A DNA stretch of 64,000 nucleotides from Lingula anatina (taxonomy: Eukaryota > Animalia > Brachiopoda). The translations under genes and the position numbers were made by a program. Below are positions 52,001-61,649 of the stretch, one piece after another. The notes under the pieces are model-generated. The model saw only the letters and a list, made by a program, of their open reading frames with translations, ran no database searches and was not told where the DNA came from. The stretch's first letter is position 1. Each line of letters starts with the position of its first letter. The stretch is from contig CM120640.1 in NCBI GenBank assembly GCA_051362555.1, positions 10,168,001-10,232,000 on the forward strand, given 5' to 3'.

Positions 52001-55000
52001 GGACTTCTGCAAAAATATACTGAACAGAAGTAGAGAATTTTCGTCTTAAAATTAAGACCCTATCTAGACAAATATTTTTGGCTCCAGTATTACCTTGATT
52101 GCTAGCTAATCTAGCAAAAATGGTGGGTCTCTCCTGAGCATCTAGGTAAAAGCTTTCTTCTACACTGGCTTCAGCATCAAGCTAGCAGAACAGAGGTGTT
52201 AGCAGGAATCAGAACAGTTAGTTTCCAAAGGAGAAAAGTACAAATAGGGTTATATAATAAAGCATTCAAAATGTTTGAGACACATATCTGCAAGAATAGC
52301 ATAAAGTTTGATGAAAAAATTTAAAGTTAAAATTAAAACAGACAAATAAAGATAACAAAATAGGGTGCAAAGCAAGCAGAATATATGAATATATAAGGAC
52401 TAATCTTTCATCATGCATCTATTCAAACCGTTGACATTACAGTTTAAAAATTACATGTACTATGAAAGAATATATATCACAAACCAAAAGTAATGACAAA
52501 ATGTAATGAAATAGTATGAAAACTTTTCACAGTTATGTAATACAGACAAAACATTGCAACAGCTACAAAAAATTGTTTTTTCATTCAAACAAAATCATAC
52601 ACCCCTCTCCCTCTGAAATTTGTGTTAATCACAGGTAATTGCCTTGCATTCACTATATATTGTGCACAATATATCAAGAATCTTTCTCCAAACTAATAAT
52701 AATTTAACTGAAAGAATAACTATTCAGGTGCTATGTATATTATTTAATTAATTCATTCATTAATTAATGATTGCTGGACAGAGGATTTTTTAAATTCTAA
52801 AATAATGACAAATATTTCATTAATATTCACAAAATGTGTACAAAATGGGTAAAAGGTCTTTCATTACATTTTCTAAATTACATATTAACAGTACTTCAAT
52901 ACTACAGTTATTAGCTAAATTGCTTTCTCTTCAGTTAGCACACAAATGAGGGCACAGTTCAATTCACTTGGTTGTGAACTACAGGGAGTTGTGTTAGTTG
53001 GGCTCTTTAAATCATAAGTAGGAACTGATTACTTAGAATCAATCTTCTCATACTCATAAAAGGTGGGAGCAGATGTAGTAATTTGAAGAAAACAGAGGTG
53101 GTGTCTTCATTGTTTTTCTTTAACTTCATTTTTTTTGTAATGTTCCAAGATAGGGTATTTAGTCTACAGCTTTCTGTGTGAAACAAAAATTCCAGCATGC
53201 AAACCTGTCTTTGACACCATGTATCCCCAAAATATACCTTAATAATAAGTAAGAGATAAAGAAAAAATAATAAAAAAACAGAAAATTTCTGGGTTTTTTT
53301 AATGAAGAGAAGTTACCATTTTAGAGGTCAATACTCAGAATGTTTGACTTACTACAGGAATAGGCTGACTCAATTGAGTGTGTCTCATCACAGTAGATAA
53401 ATTATGAATTCTATACATTTACATTTTCATATTGACAGATCCACATTTGTGCAATGGCTGCCAGGCATACTGTTTAAATATATGATAGTCAAAAATATAT
53501 TTTTGTTTATAAATCTAAACAAATCAGGGGGATAAACAGTTACCAGAAAATGTGTTTGCATGTAAGAGTCACTTCAAAGATGCATATCATGATACTATTC
53601 CTTGCACTTTAGACATCTTTTCTTGTTATTTCTGATTAATCTTAATTTCCCATCATATATTATTTAACTGTAAATTCTTCAACTAATAGTTATGTGTTTC
53701 AAAAATCAAATGTTACTGCGTGTTCTTTAAAAGTGCATCTCAAAGCAGTTAAGCCCACACAAAACATACATTTTGGCCCAAACCAACTTGTGAATCTCTC
53801 TCCAATTCAAGATACTTCTTATTAGCTGCTGTAAAACAAACAAGCTATACTTACGAGTAATGCTATGAAAAATATCTGAGTCTTAGCACTTGTTTAAGGA
53901 GGAACAGGTTAATAATTTTGGGGAAAATTCAAAAGGATATAACTATTGTAATCACATAACCATAAGCCAAGTGCTTAATTTGACCTATCATTCATAAAAC
54001 TGAACAAAAAGCTACATATTCAGTCATTATCTTTTCTTTTCTTTTTTTTTCTTTTGCTGAACTCACAAAATAACAACACTGCAAATCCAGTAAAAGAAAA
54101 ATATAAGGATTATAAGGCCAGACAAGAATCCAATCCAGTTTGATCTGGTCAAAACCAGATCAGAATTCTGATCTAGACTAGGTTCAAATTTTCAATCACC
54201 TAGACCAGATCAGAATTTCCATCTGGTATAAACCAGATCAATATTGCCAACACTTCGTAAATGCAGTTTTGACATCTTTGAAAGGGATTTTAGCTTAAAT
54301 GTAATACTGGTGCAATCACAAATATGTACTTCAGAACTGGATAAAGTGCATGTTTCTTTTTATATTTGAATGTGAAATAAAGTTAGAACAATTCAGGATT
54401 CAGACAACACTAACTCACAAAATAAAATAGTTCCATTTAATTTAGGTTTTGATGGAGTTATTTACTTACATGTTATTAAGTGACAGGAAATTTGTATAGG
54501 TATGATAAAAAAGTTTCTTTTTACTTGGGATAAGGATTCCTCCTTACAGTTCAGGCAGGACTGGATTCATATCAGGCCTCTGACTTATGTCAATATGATT
54601 TAGACTGGATGTTTAATAATTCCATCATGCTATAAGAAGCTGCTCTAGATCTGAATTAAACACTAATAAATAGTGAGGGGCAGAGATGGTACCCAATGTT
54701 GATGCAAGGATAATTTCACATATATTAAAGTTCCTTTCAGGGATTAAATGGGAGCAATTTCCAGCAAAAGCAATTTCCTATTTTGAATGTTTGCAGTTCA
54801 AGGCAATAATCAGGTGCCATTGTTCTTAAATTTACAACTCAAATAGAGATTTTCAAAATCCAATAACATCAATCACACTTGCAAAGTGAAGAAAGAAGGT
54901 TAGCATGCTAAACTAAAGAAATATAGTTGCTATCTAGAAATCTGTACTACTGTTGTGGTAGAGGCAAAAGCCATCTCACCTACAGCATTTACAATAATCT

Positions 55001-58000
55001 GCACTACATGAAAATTTGAGTTGCTTTTTTTTTACAGAAAATCAAAGACTAGAAAACATCATTGCTTTTGTACTCTATTTTTACATCTAAACAGGGTTCC
55101 TAAAAACCTTAAAAATGAGGTTAGAGAGACCAAAAGGTTCATCATGCAGAAAATGAAGCATTACAAAGATCCAAGGGGCTATATACTAGTATATACATAC
55201 ATGTATAACAAAGGAGTCATTCTGACAGAATATGCAGCAAATATGAAGTAAATTGCCCTTTATCATAGGACAGGTTAGTATTGTGGTATCGGCTGTCAGA
55301 TCTCAGAGGCAGGTGTGACAATACAGAAGACTATGATCCCAAATGCATATAATGATTTCACTCATTTGGGAATTATTTAAAAAAAAGATGGATAGCTAGA
55401 TATGAAACAGGTGACAGTCCTTGTAAATCAACATGCATAAATACAGGCTTGGGGCAGTAGTAGCTTAAGTAATCATATGAAAATGACAAAGTTGCCTAGC
55501 AGAAGGGGGAGAGGGCAGCAAATATGGTTGAGTGAAAACAAAACAAAGCTGTTACAGTGTGTGCAATAGAAGGCAAAGACAGTGTACTTACAGCAGCCTG
55601 GTACATAGAAGTGTCCAAGTGGTCTAGAATAGCAGTGCAAAGGCAACACACAGACATGTGAAATAACAGTAAAGTAAAGTGAAGAAAGAAGCCTGAGCAA
55701 AAGCAATTATCAAAGTTCACTGCAAAGGTGTGCATAAATTACACTTTTTATAAGAACGGTGACAGATAAATCAAGTGAAATCCTCCTCAAAACTTTCATA
55801 CATTTTATAATCTTTTTATCATAGATATCTTCAAAAAAGATCTCCATAAGAATATTAATGGGAGTGTTGAAAACAAATTACTCTCTGCATGAAAACATGA
55901 CATTAGGCTTGAGTAAGTGATACACTGTTACATATGAGATTATCACACTCAAACAATCTTGAGATATGGGACAGAGCCAGGTATTATGACAGTACTCACT
56001 GCAATGTTCCACAATTCTTTATATTACAATATTAAACAGCTAACAAACATAAAATGAGAAGTAACCAGGTGAGCAAATTTGAAGTGTCAAGTTTAGGACA
56101 CAACTCTGATGACAGTTAATTGAAAACAAGGTTAAATTTAACATATCCATTCTTTTTTAAATTTCTTTTTTAAAAACTTGTTTTGTTGATATCACAGCAG
56201 TTGAAACTGTATAGGTGGGATCACATAACACAAGTGCTGGAACAATTAAGGTAATCAAATATATCAGAATAAACATCAATGCTTGTAATGCACAGAACAT
56301 TAATAAACAATTCCAATGTTTCAAAGTGTAGCAAACATGCTACAATAATTAATTTAAAACACTCACCCTCAAAACCTCCCTCTGTGTCATCCTGAAATAG
56401 AGTTTAACAATAAACATAATTTCAATCATAAATAATAAAATTTGGATTTGATTACTTAAAATCTCCACCACATTTTAAAAGAAGTTAGAAAACAAATCAT
56501 AGTGCATTTGTTACACCAACAAGTCATACTTACCATACCGTCTTCCCATTCATCCGAGTCCCAGTCATACGTATCATCATTGTTATTATTACTCTCTGAA
56601 AATCAAAGACGTCCAAAAGTTCTCATTAACACCCTTTTTTTAATCAAACTTGATGACAAATAAAAATTATCTAAATATAAGTTTGGAGGTCATGCTTACA
56701 GATTCTAAGCTTTAGAAAGATAGGTTATTTTCCATTTACATAATAGTGCATTGAATAAATAATACAAATCTAACAATTTGGTTTCTGAAGTAAAAGTAAA
56801 TGTTCTTTGTTAACTGGTGAATATTTCAAATGCTAAATGCACCCCAATTACTTTAAGATAATAATAAATAAATAAAATAAAATACTCATAACAATAAGCT
56901 AAAATCTATAGTGTTTAATTGCCAATATCACATTCTGAAAACCAAAACTGGGCTTTATAACTCAAGGCAATATGTCTACCACAGATATCAACTATAAATC
57001 AATTATATATATATATATTCGTGTACCTGGCTTGAAATCCTTTGGTGGAGGTGCTGGCTTGCCTATACCTAGCTTGTTGCCTAGTTTACCAATTCTGCAA
57101 GGATCAGAATGTACATTAAACAGCTTGCCTAAAATTCAGCAGTGATAATAAAGACACTTTACTGTAGACAAAATGCCCCAATGAAGGGGTGATGAAGTTC
57201 ATTTATAGCTCTTTACTCAATATATGCAGGGCTTCAATAATGATCTCAAAACAAGGAAAAGTATTATAAAATTTAGAATAAAGAAGTACTAGCAACAAAT
57301 GGACAACTTTGAAATTAAGATTATTGAAGTGTCAAGACACCTTTAATGTAAATAATAATGGCAACTGCTCACAAAATTCTAACAAAATTCTGATCTCAAT
57401 GTTTTTTAATAACATATAAAAAGATTATTGGACAGTTCCCAAAAAGGGCCCAAATTCACATCAAAAGCATTCTTTTAAAACTGATAACAATAAATCTTGA
57501 AAGAAATAAGATTATCTATTAGATTGTTCACATAAATAGTTTGGTCTGAAAGATGTATTTATTATCACAAAAATGCTACAACTATAATACCAGAAAAAGT
57601 GAAGATTTGCCATTTGTGACTGCAATATATTATCATACAATTGACAAAAATGATAACAACAATACATAGAATGCTGTTTGACTGCTTCATGCAAGATGGA
57701 GATAAAATGTAGTTACACAACTTGTGAGACAAAATCATCTTTAAGCTGAAAATGTTTATGCCAGTATATAAATTGGCACATATAATGACAGCAGATACTA
57801 TAAGACATGGTACAAAGTACATAAATAATACACATCAAAATATGGATTTAATGTGCATCACGAAATGCTCACTGCTCAAAACCTAAAAACACACCCATGA
57901 CAAAAGCAATAAATTGCATGTGTTTGTGTACAAATAATCGACCACAAGCAAGCACCACTTTTTGAATGAAATACCTCCCAGTTAAGACATGCATAATCAC

Positions 58001-60130
58001 CCTGATCAAAAGAAAGTATTCACATTCTCATAAAAAATGATAAAATATTTATAAAAATGTAATCTATAAAATGCCAGCAATGACAAATTGGTATTGATGG
58101 GATTTGGACTATACATTGTACAGACTTCATTTTTTTTTCTAAACACCTTATTTTGTCAAATGAGGTGAGTTTTGAAAAATGAAAAAATCAACTATACATC
58201 TATTGGTAAACTGCTGTTCTCAACGATACCACAGCATCAGGCCTTATACCAATATATTGGTCTACAAAACTGTGTTATACTATCCAGTTGAACAGTAAAA
58301 TTAATCATAATAAATGCTTATAGCCAACATATAACCTTCTCAAAAAGATACACATTTCCAACTTTTAAAAGGATAAAAATGCATTATTCCATTAAAAACT
58401 TACATTAAAACCATGTGTTCTAGGTAATATCTCCATATATGCATGCAGAAAACTATTTCAAAATAAAACATCAATCAAAGTTGTCTTCAAAATGCATCTT
58501 ACACATCTGTCACTGACACACTGAAATACTACAAACAAAAATGGCATGCAAGGTCTTCTAAACAATCCACTGCCATACCTATTAAATTGCTACCAAACCA
58601 GGATCATCAAATCTTTGTGCAGATGTTTCATAACAGCATTAAAAAAGGGATAGAAAAATAATTTGATAAAATTGGCAAAACTGTGTATGTTCCCAAAGGG
58701 TTGAGGTTAATGATTATTTTCCAAGTTACCCCTCTATATTCAGTTGAGCCTTTTTAATACTACGTATGTTAATTAATACATATCTAAATTTAGAATCTAG
58801 TGCCCTTCCACCATCAAAATAAAAACACAAACAAAACAAGTTAGCCCTAAACATCATCATAATTATATCAGTTATAGCTACTAGTACCGGTATGTAAAAA
58901 TTTAAAGCTGAGTACAAGCCTTAAGCAATTTTTTTTTTCATTGTCAGTCAAAAGTGCATGTTTTTGTGATATTTTCTTGCCTTGCCAATACCACTTGCCT
59001 TTTTTCTTAAAGATATTTTGAGATAGCATCTGGTCAGTACACATGTGCTACCACAACAATTCAAATGGTTGTACAAAAATTTTTGAAAAAAACTGTGCTA
59101 AAAATGAAAGGTCTATGAATCATTGTCACAGGATTGGTTCTTTTTTTCCTACACAATAATATTTCAATTATCTCAAATTTTAATCAATCATGCAAAGAAA
59201 TTGGTAGTCATTTGAATCTATTTTAATATCATTAAAAGAAGCTTATTTACAATTTGTAGATATAAACATCCACCCAACGAAAAGAGGAGCAAAAAGAACA
59301 CCATTCTCTTGGAAGCCACATTATCACCCAAGGGTATAAAGATTATTATCATATGTCACTTTCTGTTCAAAATGAAGTGAAACATGCATTTTCATATCCC
59401 AATGTAATAAGCTACCCATTCCAATATAAAACATTGTTTTAAAATTACTACCTGGTCACTGTTTCAGAAAGACTTTCTGACATCTCAGACAGCTTGTCAG
59501 AGACAGAAAGACGGAAAGCCAAACTGCAAATAATGTTCCAAGTCCAAATTAATATCACCATAATGATTGTATCATTATCAACCTTACTTCAGTTCTTAAT
59601 CACAACTTGTCTGCTAATGTGAAGGACTCATATTGTGTTTCAAAGATGACAACCGAACACAAAATGTGAGATTTTATGGTGAATATAAATTAAAATTTTT
59701 AATGCATGTGAAAACTAAATAAATCAAGTAAAGAATATTGCAATTACTTATAAAAAGTCTAAAAAGTTAAACAATTGTCTTCTGGTTAATAGTCTGAGTA
59801 CATATTAAATTGTGAGTTCTGTTTTAATAAATAAATATTTAAATACAAATCCGAAGCACTGGTCAGGATACATACCCTTTAGTTGGTTTGTTTTCTGTTT
59901 TGGCAACAGCATTGACTGCCTTAAGAATTTTCCTACAAAGTAAATTAAAGTATTTCAGTATATGTGATTATACAAACTTGTAATATGTATTGAAAATTCT
60001 TCATTATAAAAAATATTTATAATAGAAAAACACAGATGTCCTAGTCTCAGCATGTTCAAATAATGTCAGTGCAAAAAAACAGCACACTGAAATAACAAAT
60101 TCTACTGTTTATCTTTGGGCAAGTTGAATC
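37218..60130 (-). CDS. SLP-76/BLNK-family-like SH2 adaptor protein (LCP2 / B-cell linker-like); start codon of the long isoform not found
   Basis: In-frame exon chain 59876-59932, 59452-59523, 57027-57094, 56534-56595, 56367-56391, 50212-50259, 46397-46542, 44830-44935, 44429-44445, 44111-44135, 43409-43942, 42843(42838)-42926, 39604-39689, 38567-38653, 37653-37805, 37218-37328. PAPPPKDF followed by acidic W motif, DYIKP/DYEVP/EYETP, Pro-rich region, C-terminal SH2 (WYHG, GSFLVR). Confidence 0.82.
37653..37805 (-). CDS. Adaptor SH2 core exon
   Basis: NGSFLVRLSKKGGPTSPYSLSLFHEGRVWNLHIRKKADASFALGNEKPNEL. Confidence 0.93.
38567..38653 (-). CDS. Adaptor SH2 N-terminal exon
   Basis: DEENIEAESWYHGDISRDVSDQRLKSLGT. 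Confidence 0.92.
39031..39191 (-). mobile_element. Second copy of the 5885-6051 MITE
   Basis: Reverse-complement match, ends GGATCCGCCCCTG. Confidence 0.75.
39604..39689 (-). CDS. Adaptor exon (DRTPIASKSPSFNPGSRPLPPPPGGSQSM)
   Basis: tttcag acceptor, ATG|GTAAGC donor, class I SH3 ligand RPLPPPP. Confidence 0.85.
40786..40804 (-). CDS. Candidate 19-nt microexon (KRRGRK)
   Basis: cag|AAGAGAAGAGGAAGAAAAG|gtaggc; phase 0-1 bridges donor 42838 to acceptor 39689; weak pyrimidine tract. Confidence 0.4.
41879..42118 (+). mobile_element. Small degenerate HINE-like element
   Basis: AACAAG..ATCTCTGTCAA at the 5' end and TTGGCAGAGAT at the 3' end; 3' part resembles 6480-6518. Confidence 0.5.
42838..42926 (-). 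CDS. Adaptor exon (ALPPIPKAEEPEDTPPPPPSVATIPHKK), two tandem donors
   Basis: ttctgcag acceptor; donors AAG|GTACA|GTAAGT. Confidence 0.85.
43409..43942 (-). CDS. Adaptor large Pro/Lys-rich exon
   Basis: 534 nt open, phase 1-1; PLPPLPKE, PPVPSFKP, GGIAARIAALQK. Confidence 0.9.
44111..44135 (-). CDS. Adaptor 25-nt microexon (DEYETPQT)
   Basis: tttcag acceptor, CAG|GTCAGT donor; phase 0-1. Confidence 0.8.
44429..44445 (-). CDS. Adaptor 17-nt microexon (GQDSSD)
   Basis: ttttag acceptor, GAT|GTAAGT donor; phase 1-0. Confidence 0.75.
44830..44935 (-). CDS. Adaptor exon (KNAEPTEDYEVPENPHMQNKDIPPPLPPNHPKPSH)
   Basis: ttttcag acceptor, G|GTATGT donor; phase 0-1. Confidence 0.88.
46397..46542 (-). 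CDS. Adaptor polyproline exon
   Basis: PPPPGRRPAPPPAPDDDDMPPPPPPPRPPKPGEKPAIGHSNKPPPVPA; phase 1-0. Confidence 0.9.
46944..47010 (-). CDS. Adaptor alternative first exon C (MDAVVKFYASVKRRLSHSSVEP)
   Basis: gaaATGG start, A|GTGAGT donor, phase 1 matches acceptor 46542; local CpG retention. Confidence 0.6.
48928..49013. repeat. (AC)n microsatellite
   Basis: Long AC run. Confidence 0.95.
49281..49480. repeat. Diverged tandem duplication, unit about 112 bp
   Basis: attattcaccttatgataattagctaaa..caggct...ttgataacatt occurs twice. Confidence 0.85.
50212..50259 (-). CDS. Adaptor exon (EPESDDSADYIKPENN)
   Basis: cctttcag acceptor, T|GTAAGT donor; phase 1-1. Confidence 0.85.
50309..50432 (-). CDS. 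Adaptor alternative first exon B (MDYSDDDDDFDSFDEEEDERWEDDVDDVPAYLDLIGDDDLS)
   Basis: gaaATGG with an in-frame TAA five codons upstream, no nearby pyrimidine-rich acceptor, CAG|GTAAAT donor, 49-nt intron to exon 50259. Confidence 0.7.
56367..56391 (-). CDS. Adaptor 25-nt microexon (DDTEGGFE)
   Basis: tttcag acceptor, G|GTGAGT donor; phase 0-1. Confidence 0.78.
56534..56595 (-). CDS. Adaptor acidic exon (ESNNNNDDTYDWDSDEWEDGM)
   Basis: ttttcag acceptor, ATG|GTAAGT donor; phase 1-0. Confidence 0.85.
57027..57094 (-). CDS. Adaptor exon (IGKLGNKLGIGKPAPPPKDFKP)
   Basis: ttgcag acceptor, CAG|GTACAC donor; phase 2-1; resembles the BLNK PPSVPRRDY segment. Confidence 0.8.
59452..59523 (-). CDS. 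Adaptor symmetric 72-nt exon (LAFRLSVSDKLSEMSESLSETVT), possible cassette
   Basis: tttgcag acceptor, CAG|GTAGTA donor; open; phase 2-2. Confidence 0.55.
59876..59932 (-). CDS. Adaptor exon (KILKAVNAVAKTENKPTKG), likely end of a SAM-like domain
   Basis: ctttgtag acceptor, GG|GTATGT donor; phase 2-2. Confidence 0.7.
60106..60130 (-). CDS. Candidate 25-nt adaptor exon (FNLPKDKQ)
   Basis: Strong ttatttgcag acceptor, weak CA|GTAGAA donor; phase 1-2 fits the next exon. Confidence 0.35.
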
Positions 60131-60549
60131 CTGCAAATAAAATAGAAACTGAGGCATTATTATTATTTGTTTTATGAACTGCCACCAGGTAAAATTATGT
60201 TTATCACCTATCATTACTTGTCATGAATGCTTATTAACAATTCTCAGCCTGAAGGGCTCTAAAACAACAATTTCAACAGATATCATTAATTTTGCACATC
60301 ATCAAGTTAAAGGTGACCTAATATTTTATCTCATGGAGTGATAAATAAATGACTTGCAATCATCTGCCAGAATACATTTTTGAAGCATTTAACAGTTACT
60401 AGTAAAAGTAATTTCAAAATGCACTTGGTGGTATTAACATTTTAAAAAAGTTTTATAAAAGGTCTCTACACTAAATAAGAAAGGCAGTGTATAGAGTACC
60501 CTATCCATGATAATATCTAAGATTATATTGGTGCATTCTCATAAGTGCC

Positions 60550-60713
<164 letters not shown>

Positions 60714-61276
60714 CCATAATGATAATATTAAATAACAAAAATAGTAAGTAGTGGGGTTATTCAGTGTAAAAAAATGGAAAAATGCCATTCGGTCTCTGAT
60801 AAATTTATACATCAATCTAAAATTGTAAATTCTTTAAACACAACATGATTTTCTTCCTCTAAATCCAATGCCTTAACTTAAAGTTAAACTGTGATTCAGA
60901 CTAGATATTGGTAGGTGTCTGCTAGTGAGACCACCATGTCATGCATGTCAGTTTCCTATAGATGGTATCAATGGGAGGCAATTTACAGGTTATACTTAAC
61001 CCTCAATAGGCTATCTGATGTAAATAAAGGGTAATACATGTAAACATATATTTTTTCTTGGAAGAAGTCATCCTTGCTATTTAGAAGTGAGGTGATATTG
61101 TTGCAAACATTTTAAAGTGATTAGATTAAATCTATAGAAAGGATGCAGAAATAGGCTCCTTTGAATATGATGGAGTGCAAAATAGTCTGATAATAAAATG
61201 TCACTCATGTCAGTATAAGCTCTAAATATTGTGTAACATTACTAGCTGAATAAATTATTATTATTAAATAGAGAAT

Positions 61277-61449
61277 CTGGGGTAGCGCTAACACTCGCCA
61301 ATTTAGCCAAATGCTAAAATTGCCTTAAATTGGCTAAAGAAAAAAGGCTTGATTTGACATGTTTTAGCCAAATTATAACCATTTTGATAACAAATTGACA
61401 AAAATGGGGTGATATGGCTAAGTGAAAAAAATTGCTAGCGCTACCCCAG
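61277..61449. mobile_element. MITE with CTGGGGTAGCGCTA TIRs
   Basis: ctggggtagcgctaaca ... tgctagcgctaccccag; internal ttagcca/tggctaa motifs. Confidence 0.8.
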
Positions 61450-61649
61450 AGAATATTAAAATCTATATTCCCTAAGCTTGTTATTCTAACATATTAATTT
61501 GTTAAAGTAAGTTCATATCTATATAACAAGCAAGTGCATTTTTTTGAAGAAACAACAGTGACATGCATAATCACACTTACCGTCTTTGAGCAAGGGGAAC
61601 TTTTCCCATGTATAAAAGATCTTGTTCTGATAATTGCTGCAATAGAAAG

